Shown here in pieces: positions 29,378-38,220 of a DNA stretch of 64,000 nt (positions are counted from its first letter, which is position 1; the number at the start of each line of letters is the position of its first letter). The position numbers and the translations under genes are program-made. Below the pieces are notes generated by a model. It made no database searches and was not told the DNA's origin. It saw only the letters and a program-made list of their open reading frames with translations. The stretch is from assembly GCF_031769215.1 (NCBI RefSeq), contig NW_026782979.1, positions 1 to 64,000 of the forward strand. Direction: 5' to 3'. The stretch is from Ylistrum balloti (Eukaryota).

Positions 29378-30862
29378 CTAGCGTTTAAAAAGATTAAGAA
29401 CACGCAATTGCTCAAAGCGGTTCATTAAGTCTGGTTGAATCACACTATCTAACGTATTTGCACCAGGTCTTGTGACTTCTTTAACAAACTTATCTGCTGT
29501 TTCGATCCAGCCACGTCGCTCAAACTGATCTGCAAGCTGCATCCATTCAGCAGTCGCAAGCTCCGCTGTCATAACCGGTACACCAGGATCATAATTACGA
29601 CCAGACTCGCCTAACAGATAACGTGGATACTTGGTTCTGAAATGGACACGAGAGGCATAATTAATCGCCATTAATGTTTTAAGTGTTTGACGATCTAAAA
29701 ATGCCTCATCTGGTGAACCAACACTATTTACCCTGTAGGTTGTAATTGTTTTTTGAATACGTAACGTGCCTGCGACAACGGTTGTACTTGAGACACCGCT
29801 ATGTAGCATTGAATTTCTATCAGCATCAGATAATTGATCTTCTGTTGCGGCTGCAACAATACCTTCTAAGGGTAATCCCTCAAGACTTCGTGCTGGGTGT
29901 GGTTCACTAACATCGACACAAGCTAGAGATACTGCTGCTAGATACGCTGATGATGGGGATTTACCAATACCAACAACACTTAAAAACTCACTATTTCGCG
30001 TTAAGCCAAAGGTTGTCATATCACCAACCGTACCAGAGACAGCAGAAAATAGATGTACCTCTTTCTGAACTAAAGCGTCCCAGCTTTCACGCGCAAAGGT
30101 CTCTAATGCAGTTAGATTTGAACTATCACGATACGGAGCAACAAGATCGGTTAACCAAAGTTCACCTAGATTATCTAGGACGGTACTAACATCAGGGTTA
30201 CCAGAGCCATCGGTTTGCCTGCTAACTGTTGGCTCTTTAATACCAGCAGCAAAGCGCTCCCCTTGGTTTAAATTAAATTTAATGGTCAGGTCATTGCCAA
30301 CTCCACCTTTATGTCTGCACGTAAGCACTGCAACATTCGCATTGCTGCCATCAACAGCTGCTGCAAACAACAAGTCCTCATCGGCACTGACTGCCGCAAC
30401 AAAGGCAGCGATCACATCATCTTGGTCATCACCATTATCAATAGTAAATTCAATAACACCTTGTTTTTGTACCCCTAGCCAATGATAGTCAATATAAGCA
30501 CGTGCAATTCGTGATTCTGTGGCGGTGCTGGCAGGTAGCGTTACATGATAGACAGCCTGCACACCATTGCTGTCATCATCGAGCGGTAATAAAAATAAAG
30601 GTGTCTCCGGTGTAATACGACGTGCTAACTTAGCCATCTTGGCAAGCATTGAGCCACGTCCTGCTTTCGTTTCAATCTCAGCATCAGAAAAGACACGTAC
30701 TGGTGTATTTGCTGCTGCATCGCCATCGTTCAGTTTTTGACCAAGAATGCCAATCGCGCGGGGAATCTCTGCGGTAGCTCCAGAGGTAGCCTGTGAGCCA
30801 TCAACTTCAATGTAGCCACCAGGAACACGCCAGTTACTAGGTATTTGGGTAAAGGTTGCCAT
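29378..30862 (-). CDS. Tail sheath protein (Mu gp39/L-like)
   Basis: FTQIPSNWRVPG.YIEVD, GRGSMLAKM, ITTYRVN, QPDLMNRF. Confidence 0.95.
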   Translation of the reverse strand: MATFTQIPSNWRVPGGYIEVDGSQATSGATAEIPRAIGILGQKLNDGDAAANTPVRVFSDAEIETKAGRGSMLAKMAKLARRITPETPLFLLPLDDDSNGVQAVYHVTLPASTATESRIARAYIDYHWLGVQKQGVIEFTIDNGDDQDDVIAAFVAAVSADEDLLFAAAVDGSNANVAVLTCRHKGGVGNDLTIKFNLNQGERFAAGIKEPTVSRQTDGSGNPDVSTVLDNLGELWLTDLVAPYRDSSNLTALETFARESWDALVQKEVHLFSAVSGTVGDMTTFGLTRNSEFLSVVGIGKSPSSAYLAAVSLACVDVSEPHPARSLEGLPLEGIVAAATEDQLSDADRNSMLHSGVSSTTVVAGTLRIQKTITTYRVNSVGSPDEAFLDRQTLKTLMAINYASRVHFRTKYPRYLLGESGRNYDPGVPVMTAELATAEWMQLADQFERRGWIETADKFVKEVTRPGANTLDSVIQPDLMNRFEQLRVLNLFKR

Positions 30863-30865
30863 TTC

Positions 30866-31210
30866 TTAGTTATCCTCTCTAGGTTCTTGGTTAGACATTG
30901 CTTCCAAAATAGCATCGCGATCCTTAGCTGAGACAGGAAAGCCTGCTAATTTACTTAAGGCACCGACATCTGGTTTACCTGCTTTTGTAAAATGATCAGG
31001 ATCGTTAGGATCTAATTGTTTGATTGCTTGAACAATACGCTCTTCTCGCTCACAATTAGAACACAGAAGCTCGCAGTCACCATCGGAAACCCGCTGTCGC
31101 CAAAAACGGTTATTTGGCTTTGTCTCACCTTCAGGATGTAGCGGACGACCGGTAACAGGATCAGATATGGTTTTACCTTTAACAGGTACAAGAAAAAGTT
31201 TTGTTGTCAT
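30866..31210 (-). CDS. gp38/DUF2635-like protein with extra C-terminal helical domain
   Basis: PVKGKTISDP.TGRPL.PEGE.KP.NRFWRQRVSDGD, then DHFTKAGKPDVGAL. Confidence 0.8.
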   Translation of the reverse strand: MTTKLFLVPVKGKTISDPVTGRPLHPEGETKPNNRFWRQRVSDGDCELLCSNCEREERIVQAIKQLDPNDPDHFTKAGKPDVGALSKLAGFPVSAKDRDAILEAMSNQEPREDN

Positions 31211-31378
31211 TTATGCTTCCATTTCGCAATGATTTATTTGAAATATCGTTTCAATTTCTTCTTGTGACGGGAGCTGGCTCTTGCATGAGTTTTCTATGTA
31301 ATCGGCAATATCATCTCTGCCAGCCTCTCGATACCGATTAATCAATGCCACAGCCTCTTCTGATCGTGATGGATTCAT
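31211..31378 (-). CDS. 55-aa hypothetical protein (below track cutoff)
   Basis: MNPSRSEEAVALINRYREAGRDDIADYIENSCKSQLPSQEEIETIFQINHCEMEA; abuts both neighbours via TAAATG. Confidence 0.6.
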   Translation of the reverse strand: MNPSRSEEAVALINRYREAGRDDIADYIENSCKSQLPSQEEIETIFQINHCEMEA

Positions 31379-31957
31379 TTATGCTTCCTCGTCTGTTTCA
31401 AGCTGTATCGTTTGCGACACACTTCGTGTGTCTTGATCATCATTTACTAACGTCTCTTGATTTAATGTTGCAAAATTGGATAAGTCTGTAACCGTCTCTC
31501 TAGTAATACAGGCTGGTACTGCAAATGTCGCCAAATAAACAGAGACACCAAAATGCTCTAAACTTGGATCGTATAAGTTATCTATCACCTCACAGCTAAG
31601 TGTGCCTATCTGTGGGACTGTTTGTTGATGTAGTATTGCTACTGCTGTTTCAATAATTTCATAAGCACCAACCTCTAGTGCTGCACCGCGGGTTCTGCCA
31701 CGAATACCTGTTGCATGTCCTGCAACAGCAAAAACACCAAAACGTAAATTTAAAACAGCCGCATGCGTTGCTGGTTGTTTTTCTTTTGCTTCTAAAAACG
31801 CAATCGAGGCCGCTGGTGTTTTATTAGAAATTGTTCTGAGTGTGTTTTGATCCCAGTTGCCTGGCCCAATATCAAGATCACGTAACTTATCACCAAGATC
31901 ATGATCTTTAATCTGTTGCAGCATAAAATCTTCTACAGTTGCAATAACACCACTCAT
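31379..31957 (-). CDS. gp37-like (DUF1834) tail terminator
   Basis: PAASIAF, GAYEIIE, GVSVY; position after gp36. Confidence 0.8.
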   Translation of the reverse strand: MSGVIATVEDFMLQQIKDHDLGDKLRDLDIGPGNWDQNTLRTISNKTPAASIAFLEAKEKQPATHAAVLNLRFGVFAVAGHATGIRGRTRGAALEVGAYEIIETAVAILHQQTVPQIGTLSCEVIDNLYDPSLEHFGVSVYLATFAVPACITRETVTDLSNFATLNQETLVNDDQDTRSVSQTIQLETDEEA

Positions 31958-32364
31958 AACGAGCCACCAAACTGACTTAATGTCTTCTCATCAAACGCCT
32001 CTTTAGGCTTCGAAAAAGCAACATCATCTGTTGCAATCTGTACAGGTGCCTCTTGTGCATCAAGACCAATACTGTCTTTACCATCACCGATACGTTCTAA
32101 ATGATGGATTGCATCTTTGTACTCACGTTCTACTTTCTCTGGTGCTACCCGATCATGTAGATAATAAAACGCAATTCGACAAGCCAGTGCTGTTAAAATC
32201 GTAGGAATATCAGTAAGAGGTAGCTGATAACGTTTACCTAGTTTGGCATTAATGAGATCACGTGCATCACCAATTGCTGTATCAACACGACCGGTCTCCT
32301 CTAACTGCTCAATCTCAGAGATACCGTAACGATCAACAAGATCCTGGCGACTGCAATAAGACAT
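31954..32364 (-). CDS. gp36-like (DUF1320) head-tail adaptor
   Basis: MSYCSRQDL..RYG, RYQLPL, ACRIAFYYL, YKDAIHHLERIGDGK. Confidence 0.92.
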   Translation of the reverse strand: MSYCSRQDLVDRYGISEIEQLEETGRVDTAIGDARDLINAKLGKRYQLPLTDIPTILTALACRIAFYYLHDRVAPEKVEREYKDAIHHLERIGDGKDSIGLDAQEAPVQIATDDVAFSKPKEAFDEKTLSQFGGSL

Positions 32365-32732
32365 TAGTCGTTATTTTCTCCGCTTGCTTGCTGTGCTTCT
32401 AGAACTTTCCAAGCATCATCACGCTGTTTTGCACTGACTTCAAAACCAAGAACATCTGTTAAGGCACTCACATTAGGTTTACCTGACCGTGTAAAATGAT
32501 CAGTATTTTTAGCATCTAGCTCTTTAATTGCTTCAATAATCTTTGCTTGTACTTCTTCGTCTGTAAGCGGAAGCCTAACTTGTTTTGTCTCTTCCACTTC
32601 TTCAAAGAGGTGTTTCTGTGATACTGCCATCTCAATGTCAGCACCTATTAACTCAACGGTATCACCTTGTTTGTAGGTTTTTCCGTCTAAAATGACGGTG
32701 CCACATAAGATTAAAAATAATTTTGGTTCCAT
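32364..32732 (-). CDS. Hypothetical virion-module protein with the same C-terminal domain as 30866..31210
   Basis: DGKTYKQGDTVEL, then DHFTRSGKPNVSALTDVLGFEVSAKQRD. Confidence 0.75.
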   Translation of the reverse strand: MEPKLFLILCGTVILDGKTYKQGDTVELIGADIEMAVSQKHLFEEVEETKQVRLPLTDEEVQAKIIEAIKELDAKNTDHFTRSGKPNVSALTDVLGFEVSAKQRDDAWKVLEAQQASGENND

Positions 32733-32750
32733 AATTTAAATCTCTTTTCT

Positions 32751-32811
32751 AAAAAAGCGGTACGGTGGCGAAAAGAAGCCCCATCTTAAGGCAAAAAAAC
32801 CACCGCACCGC
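32751..32811 (-). terminator. Terminator-like hairpin after the major capsid gene
   Basis: Minus strand GCGGTGCGGTGG ... CCACCGTACCGC followed by TTTTTT. Confidence 0.55.
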
Positions 32812-32832
32812 CGACCCCGATCAATACTTTGT

Positions 32833-33762
32833 TTATGGCGCGGTTGGTGTAACAATAATATGTCCAAGTTCGAAATTAAGTAACTGCTTCTGGTTACGAC
32901 CTACCTTAATCTCAACACCACCCTCTAGTCCCATATCTGATTCACGTCGACCAACAAACCAAGGCTTCCACTGCACGGTCGTACCAAAAGTAGCACGGTG
33001 GTTTTTTAATTTTGAACGATCATCTCGTGTAAAGAAGACAATCGCATTACCCCATAGCTTTTGGAGATCAACAGCTTGACCACGTTTAGCAGCGTTGTAA
33101 TTGACATTGCCAATATGGATTCGATTTAACTCAAAGATATCAATAAAGGCTTGACGTGCTGCAATACCAGAATCGCCGCTATTGCCAAGAATAGCTTTAA
33201 TAATTTTTGGATGTGTTCGTACTTTAGACCAGACTTTGCGACCCATAACCACATCTGTGTACTTAGTCCTGGCACCAGCTAGGGTTTCTTCAAATAACAC
33301 AACAGGATCAGAGCCAGCATCTTCTAAGCGACTACCTTCGGCTAGTGTTGTGATACGGTGGTTTTGGTAGCGAGCTGGATCAAATACTTTTTTAACAAGA
33401 GACTGTTCTTCCGAGAGACGTATAAGATCAGTAAGCTCTTCTACCATTTCAGCTTCTAGGTCTCGACCTTGCTTTTGAGCTTCCTCAAGATCGCTATAAG
33501 GAATCTTACCAATTAAACCGCCTGGCTCTGTCGAGTCACTCTTTTCTTCACTTTCTCGTACATGCTCATTGGCGGTTCCAAGACGACTTAAGGTCGTATC
33601 AATAATCGTAATACCTTGACCTTCTGGTAGCTTTTGATATTTAAACCCTTCTCGTAGCGTTTGCTGTACGGGTGCTATTTCTTCACCGATAAATTCGTCG
33701 TTTGTATACGCTTCAGCAATCGATAGTCGATCTTCGTCGCGCGCAAATGGTCTACCTGACAT
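32833..33762 (-). CDS. Major capsid protein
   Basis: 309 aa, after protease and decoration genes; FIGEEIAPV, VRTHPKIIKAI, LWGNAIV, TFGTT. Confidence 0.85.
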   Translation of the reverse strand: MSGRPFARDEDRLSIAEAYTNDEFIGEEIAPVQQTLREGFKYQKLPEGQGITIIDTTLSRLGTANEHVRESEEKSDSTEPGGLIGKIPYSDLEEAQKQGRDLEAEMVEELTDLIRLSEEQSLVKKVFDPARYQNHRITTLAEGSRLEDAGSDPVVLFEETLAGARTKYTDVVMGRKVWSKVRTHPKIIKAILGNSGDSGIAARQAFIDIFELNRIHIGNVNYNAAKRGQAVDLQKLWGNAIVFFTRDDRSKLKNHRATFGTTVQWKPWFVGRRESDMGLEGGVEIKVGRNQKQLLNFELGHIIVTPTAP

Positions 33763-33792
33763 GGTTATATCTCCCTTAAGATTTCATTAAGT

Positions 33793-34152
33793 TTAAAGTT
33801 TGCTTGGTGCAACAAACACCTGAATAATATCGCCAGCAACGCCTGCAACTTCTGCGTAACCGATAATGTAATTACCAGCACTAGCTACAATGGCTTTACC
33901 TTCTGCATCTGCTGTTAGCGGATCACCAATGGCAATCGTGCCACCTGCTATAACATCAGGTGTACGGTCTCGCATGACATCCACAACCTCAGTATCCGCT
34001 GCGCCTAACTGACCAGACAGACCAATTAGCGGTGCGGTTGCAGCGGTTGCTTGTGCTACGGTTTCATCACTGCTGCCATAGGTTAAAATACGGTAAGCTT
34101 CAATGGCTTGATCTGCGCGTTTACTGTCAATAAATCCTGTTTTTGTTCCCAT
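33793..34152 (-). CDS. Capsid decoration/cement protein (DUF2190-like)
   Basis: AGGTIAIGDPLTADAEGKA...AGVAGDIIQV. Confidence 0.8.
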   Translation of the reverse strand: MGTKTGFIDSKRADQAIEAYRILTYGSSDETVAQATAATAPLIGLSGQLGAADTEVVDVMRDRTPDVIAGGTIAIGDPLTADAEGKAIVASAGNYIIGYAEVAGVAGDIIQVFVAPSKL

Positions 34153-34179
34153 GAGGTTTCTCCTAGATCGTAATAAACG

Positions 34180-35352
34180 TTATGACGTTTGTGTTGCTTC
34201 GCGCTTTAACTGACCATGTGCTTCTGCAAAGCTTAAATGTCTGCCAGAACTTCGTGCTTCATCGACACGTTGCTTAATTGCTTGCGGGCTAACACGTACT
34301 GTTTCTTCGGTAACACCATGATCGTCGCCACTTACTTCACTAAATTGAATGTTTTTAGGTAGTGACTTCATAAACTGCATCAACTGTTTTCGTTGTGTGG
34401 TTTTAACAGCACCATCACCTTCACCAAATTCAAGAGTTTGAGCTTCATCATCCGGAAGAGCCGCAAGAAGATGAGACATGCCTTGAGCTTGACTTGGTGT
34501 TAACTTGCCTTCACCAACTAACTCTTCACAAAACATCGTTGCTCGCTCTAGGGCTAGTTGTTGTTCTTTTTGTGTAAGTAGCTTTTCTCGCTCTGCAAAT
34601 GCTGTCTGTTTTTTAGCAAGTTCAGCTTGCTGTTTTTCTAAAGCTTGTTTTTCTTCTTCTGTCACAACGTCCTCCGCTTGTGTTGGATTTGTGTTTTCTT
34701 TGATTGTTGATTTTTCTTCTGAAAATGTTGTGATTGTATCTGACGCTGACTGAGCTACTGCTTCCTGAATGTAGTTTGCTTCGTAGCTAGGAATAACCCT
34801 GTCTGCATCCTCTCTACCAAACTTTTCAATCATCCATTCCCGCAAGTCTCTAAGTATTCTTGCTATGGGACGTAATGGCTCTGCAAATTGCATCTCAACA
34901 CACAGCAGGTCTTGACCATCATCTGCAAATTGAATCTCTTGCCCTGCGTTTAGACCTTTAATAGCTGGTGGCTGCGCACCAAGAAATCCGACGTGTCTTA
35001 AATAAAGTGTTCCAGGTGTTGGATTTAGAGGATGCTGCTCGTCATAGAAAGCAGCAGATATCTTTTTGAATTTTCCTTGATTAACAAGTTCTGCAAAGGC
35101 AGGATCTACTTGTTTCACCTCTGCGGTGACGTTACCGTCAGAATCTACTTCTAAAGAATCAATCCAGCCCCAGGCAGGAGCATCTGTTTCAGGATGCCCA
35201 ACAACAACAGGTGCTTCATGTACATTTGTATCGTAAGCCTCGATCATGCTACGTACACGATCTTGACTAAAAGAAAGTTGCTGACCGTTAATTGATGTGT
35301 GGGTACCGGTCTTAAATATTTCGATTATTTTTTTATCTGCTTTTTTTGGCAA
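34180..35352 (-). CDS. Prohead protease/scaffold (Mu I/Z-like)
   Basis: EIFKTGTH, EAPVVVGHP..DAPAWGW, LRHVGFLGAQPPAIKGL; coiled-coil C-terminus. Confidence 0.9.
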   Translation of the reverse strand: MPKKADKKIIEIFKTGTHTSINGQQLSFSQDRVRSMIEAYDTNVHEAPVVVGHPETDAPAWGWIDSLEVDSDGNVTAEVKQVDPAFAELVNQGKFKKISAAFYDEQHPLNPTPGTLYLRHVGFLGAQPPAIKGLNAGQEIQFADDGQDLLCVEMQFAEPLRPIARILRDLREWMIEKFGREDADRVIPSYEANYIQEAVAQSASDTITTFSEEKSTIKENTNPTQAEDVVTEEEKQALEKQQAELAKKQTAFAEREKLLTQKEQQLALERATMFCEELVGEGKLTPSQAQGMSHLLAALPDDEAQTLEFGEGDGAVKTTQRKQLMQFMKSLPKNIQFSEVSGDDHGVTEETVRVSPQAIKQRVDEARSSGRHLSFAEAHGQLKREATQTS

Positions 35353-35543
35353 CAGATGACCTCGTTGTTTTGAAGTTACGAGGTCAGTATCTAATCTTTA
35401 CAACCTAATTGTTATAAAAAATGTAGAAGAAAGGTGGAGGTAACTTTGGATGATTGTGAAAATAAGACAAAACTGTTTTATGATGCTTCAATCTCTACTG
35501 AGAAGAATGCGTAAAATTTTAGCGCCTAGGAGGTAATAGAGTT

Positions 35544-37091
35544 ATGACTGAACAAGAAGAAACAACTATTGTTCTCAATAAAGAAAATGCTATCAATCTC
35601 TATCAGCAAGGCTGGGAGCAATGGAATGCATGGGTTGAAGACAATCCTAACGCTTATGTTGATTTCTCCGGTGCTAATTTTTCCAGGCGCATAGGTGGAA
35701 GCGGAGTAGATGGGCCAGACTTTAGATGCTATCGGTTTCCAAGAGGCGGCGTCAATTTCGATGGCGTAATGTTTCATCAGGCAAATTTCAATAGAGTCAA
35801 GTTTGATGGAGACGTAAGTTTTATTAACGCCGAGCTTAGTGATAGTGATGATTTTACTGATGTAACATTTAGCAGCAATGTTGATTTTCGTGGAGCCAAA
35901 TTTACTGACAATACTAAGTTTCGTGCTTCAAGGTTTTACGGAGACGTAAATTTTACTAACGCTGTGTTTGGCAATAACATTAACTTTACTGACGCAATTT
36001 TTAGCGGCGAGGCCGTATTCAATAGAACCAGATTTAGAGGCCAGGCAACTTTCTCTAGAGCTACGCTCAATGGTAAGGCAAACTTCTTTGAAGCCACATT
36101 CGAAGACAGGGTAAGCTTTGAAGATACCAGGTTCGGCAGTGAGGCAAACTTCAATTACGTTACGTTTGGCAATAGTGTCGAATTTAGTGATGCAGCATTT
36201 GATAGTCATGCCTTGTTTCTAGGAACCAGATTTAATGGCGAAGCCCAACTAGATATGGTCACTTTTGGTGGTAACGTATATTTTGATAAAGCCAAATTTA
36301 CTAATGATGTTTATTTTTCTTCATCTAATTTTAGAGAAACCGTTAGTTTTGAGTATGTTAATTTTGGTGGCGATACTTTTTTTGAGCATCTCGAACATGT
36401 TGACAAAATTCGAAACTTATCTTTTCGTGGCTCTTCCTTTGAAAAAAGTTTCAATATTGCTGCAGGAGATACCTTCAATTGCATCATCGATCTACGACAT
36501 ACAAGGATTAATCATCCAGTTTTACTAACAGATATACGTTGCAAGCTCCAGTTAGAAGAAAAACCAGAAAAATATTTACAATTCTTTGAGACCAAGAAAG
36601 CCAAAGACACTAACGATATCGCTCGCGCACGCCGCTTAAAAAAACTTGCCGAAGAAAATAGAGATCATCAACGAGCCCTAGAGTACAAAGTAATGGAGAT
36701 GAAGGCTGCACGCATACACGAGACACGAGGTGGATATCTATTATTAGAGCGACTATTTGAGATCCTAAGCAATTATGGACGTAGCGTCTGGCGACCACTT
36801 ATTAGCTTAGTCGTTACCTGGTTTGTCTTTGGTGTAATCTACGCCTACCTCAGTGCAGTAAGCATATGCAGCCTTGTTCTTTCAGATCTTTTTTCAGTAA
36901 TTCTCTTTTCTGCTGGGCAACTATTTGCTTTCATTCCTAGTAAACGCGATGCACTATCAGCAGCAGCAACGTCTTTATTTGCCGATAATCTGCCTCAGTG
37001 GATCTATTTACTAACATTTACACAAAGCATCTTGGCAGTAATCTTATTATTCCTATTGGGTCTTGGATTACGCAATAGATTTAGACTATAA
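35544..37091 (+). CDS. Pentapeptide-repeat membrane protein (moron, opposite strand)
   Basis: Own GGAGG RBS. About 250 aa of A(D/N/T)Fxx repeats with 11-residue periodicity. C-terminal LSNYGRS.WRP plus TM helices. Confidence 0.9.
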   Translation: MTEQEETTIVLNKENAINLYQQGWEQWNAWVEDNPNAYVDFSGANFSRRIGGSGVDGPDFRCYRFPRGGVNFDGVMFHQANFNRVKFDGDVSFINAELSDSDDFTDVTFSSNVDFRGAKFTDNTKFRASRFYGDVNFTNAVFGNNINFTDAIFSGEAVFNRTRFRGQATFSRATLNGKANFFEATFEDRVSFEDTRFGSEANFNYVTFGNSVEFSDAAFDSHALFLGTRFNGEAQLDMVTFGGNVYFDKAKFTNDVYFSSSNFRETVSFEYVNFGGDTFFEHLEHVDKIRNLSFRGSSFEKSFNIAAGDTFNCIIDLRHTRINHPVLLTDIRCKLQLEEKPEKYLQFFETKKAKDTNDIARARRLKKLAEENRDHQRALEYKVMEMKAARIHETRGGYLLLERLFEILSNYGRSVWRPLISLVVTWFVFGVIYAYLSAVSICSLVLSDLFSVILFSAGQLFAFIPSKRDALSAAATSLFADNLPQWIYLLTFTQSILAVILLFLLGLGLRNRFRL

Positions 37092-37177
37092 AATAGCCAG
37101 TGCATCAAAATTAACACCTACTCACAAAACAATGAAATAGGCTCCAATATTAAGAACCCCTAAATGAAAACTTACTA

Positions 37178-37519
37178 TTACTCATTTAGGGGCTTTGCTT
37201 CCCTAATATAGGTTTCAATACGTTCCTTAAAAAATTCAAAAACTGGATCAGTAAAACGAATACATAAAATAGATAATAAAGTTTCACTAGCTACATACCC
37301 ATGCCAAACTAAACCAGCAAATGCCTCACTTAAAAAGCTAGACGCATACCCACAAACACCGTCGCCAATAATAACTTCAAGCTTCTCGCCTTCCTTAAGC
37401 TCTGATAGTACAGGACGCAATATATCTTCTCGTAAAGCTTCTCCACTAAAATCACCATCAGTTCTGTATCTTCCTGCTGGCACAGTCGAAAATTCTTTAC
37501 CTATATTAATAACAGCCAT
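37178..37519 (-). CDS. STAS-like DUF4325 protein
   Basis: INIGKEFS..PAGRY..DG.FSGE..RE.IL.P, GYASSFLSEAFAGLV. Confidence 0.85.
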   Translation of the reverse strand: MAVINIGKEFSTVPAGRYRTDGDFSGEALREDILRPVLSELKEGEKLEVIIGDGVCGYASSFLSEAFAGLVWHGYVASETLLSILCIRFTDPVFEFFKERIETYIREAKPLNE

Positions 37520-37522
37520 TTC

Positions 37523-37792
37523 TTAATCTTTCCTAGCATTTACCATCTTAAGCAAAGCTGCATAGCCAGCTATATCAACTAAATTATCCTCTTGATGCTG
37601 ATAGCTTTCTCGTACCATCTTTAACGCAATCATACACTGAATAACATCTGCACTTTTTACCTCAGCTCCAAGAATTACACTCCACATTGAAGCAACACGA
37701 GCAAAGCTTTCAGCTGGATCTCCATAAGACTGCTGACGCTCTCCGGTAACAATTGCTTTGGCTTGATCAAGAATATTCGAGACCTCAGACAC
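37523..37792 (-). CDS. DUF6378-like protein
   Basis: ILDQAKAIVTGERQQSYGDP...F...A..WS, LKMVR, DNLVDIAGYAAL. GTG start at 37792 overlaps the gp31 stop. Confidence 0.8.
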   Translation of the reverse strand: MSEVSNILDQAKAIVTGERQQSYGDPAESFARVASMWSVILGAEVKSADVIQCMIALKMVRESYQHQEDNLVDIAGYAALLKMVNARKD

Positions 37793-38219
37793 GTAATCTA
37801 CCTTGCGCATGCTTATTAACAATACCCAGAACCTCTTGTTTATCCTTGCGACCAATGCCTAAAAATTGACGTTTTGGTAGCTTTCTTTTCTTAAATCCAA
37901 GCTGTTGTACTCCTGCATAAATAAGATTTGTACCTTGCACTAAACCACGAGAGCTAGCACGGTAGATAATACTAGTCCTTAATCTTCTAGATTCCGTTAA
38001 GATTTTAGGATGACGCTTGCGAGCTTTCGTTTTTATATGGAGCTTTGCCCAAGGTCGCTCTTGTGGATCTTTCTCCTGACGAAATCGTCTCTCTACCGCC
38101 TCATCTAAATATTCACCAATATCAATTGCGACTGGCTTTAGGTTTTGACCCAAGTTATGTAATTTAGTTAAACCTTTAATAATCTGGTTATCCCGAACAA
38201 TAAGACGTGCGCCTGCCAT
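37785..38219 (-). CDS. Virion morphogenesis protein gp31 (Mu G)-like
   Basis: RFRQEKDP..RPWAKL, GTNLIYAGVQQLG, LPKRQFLGI. Confidence 0.9.
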   Translation of the reverse strand: MAGARLIVRDNQIIKGLTKLHNLGQNLKPVAIDIGEYLDEAVERRFRQEKDPQERPWAKLHIKTKARKRHPKILTESRRLRTSIIYRASSRGLVQGTNLIYAGVQQLGFKKRKLPKRQFLGIGRKDKQEVLGIVNKHAQGRLRV

Positions 38220-38220
38220 G

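Noticed and set aside
35526-36798. Several short ORFs overlapping the pentapeptide gene
   Set aside because: Alternative-frame by-products of the repetitive coding sequence.
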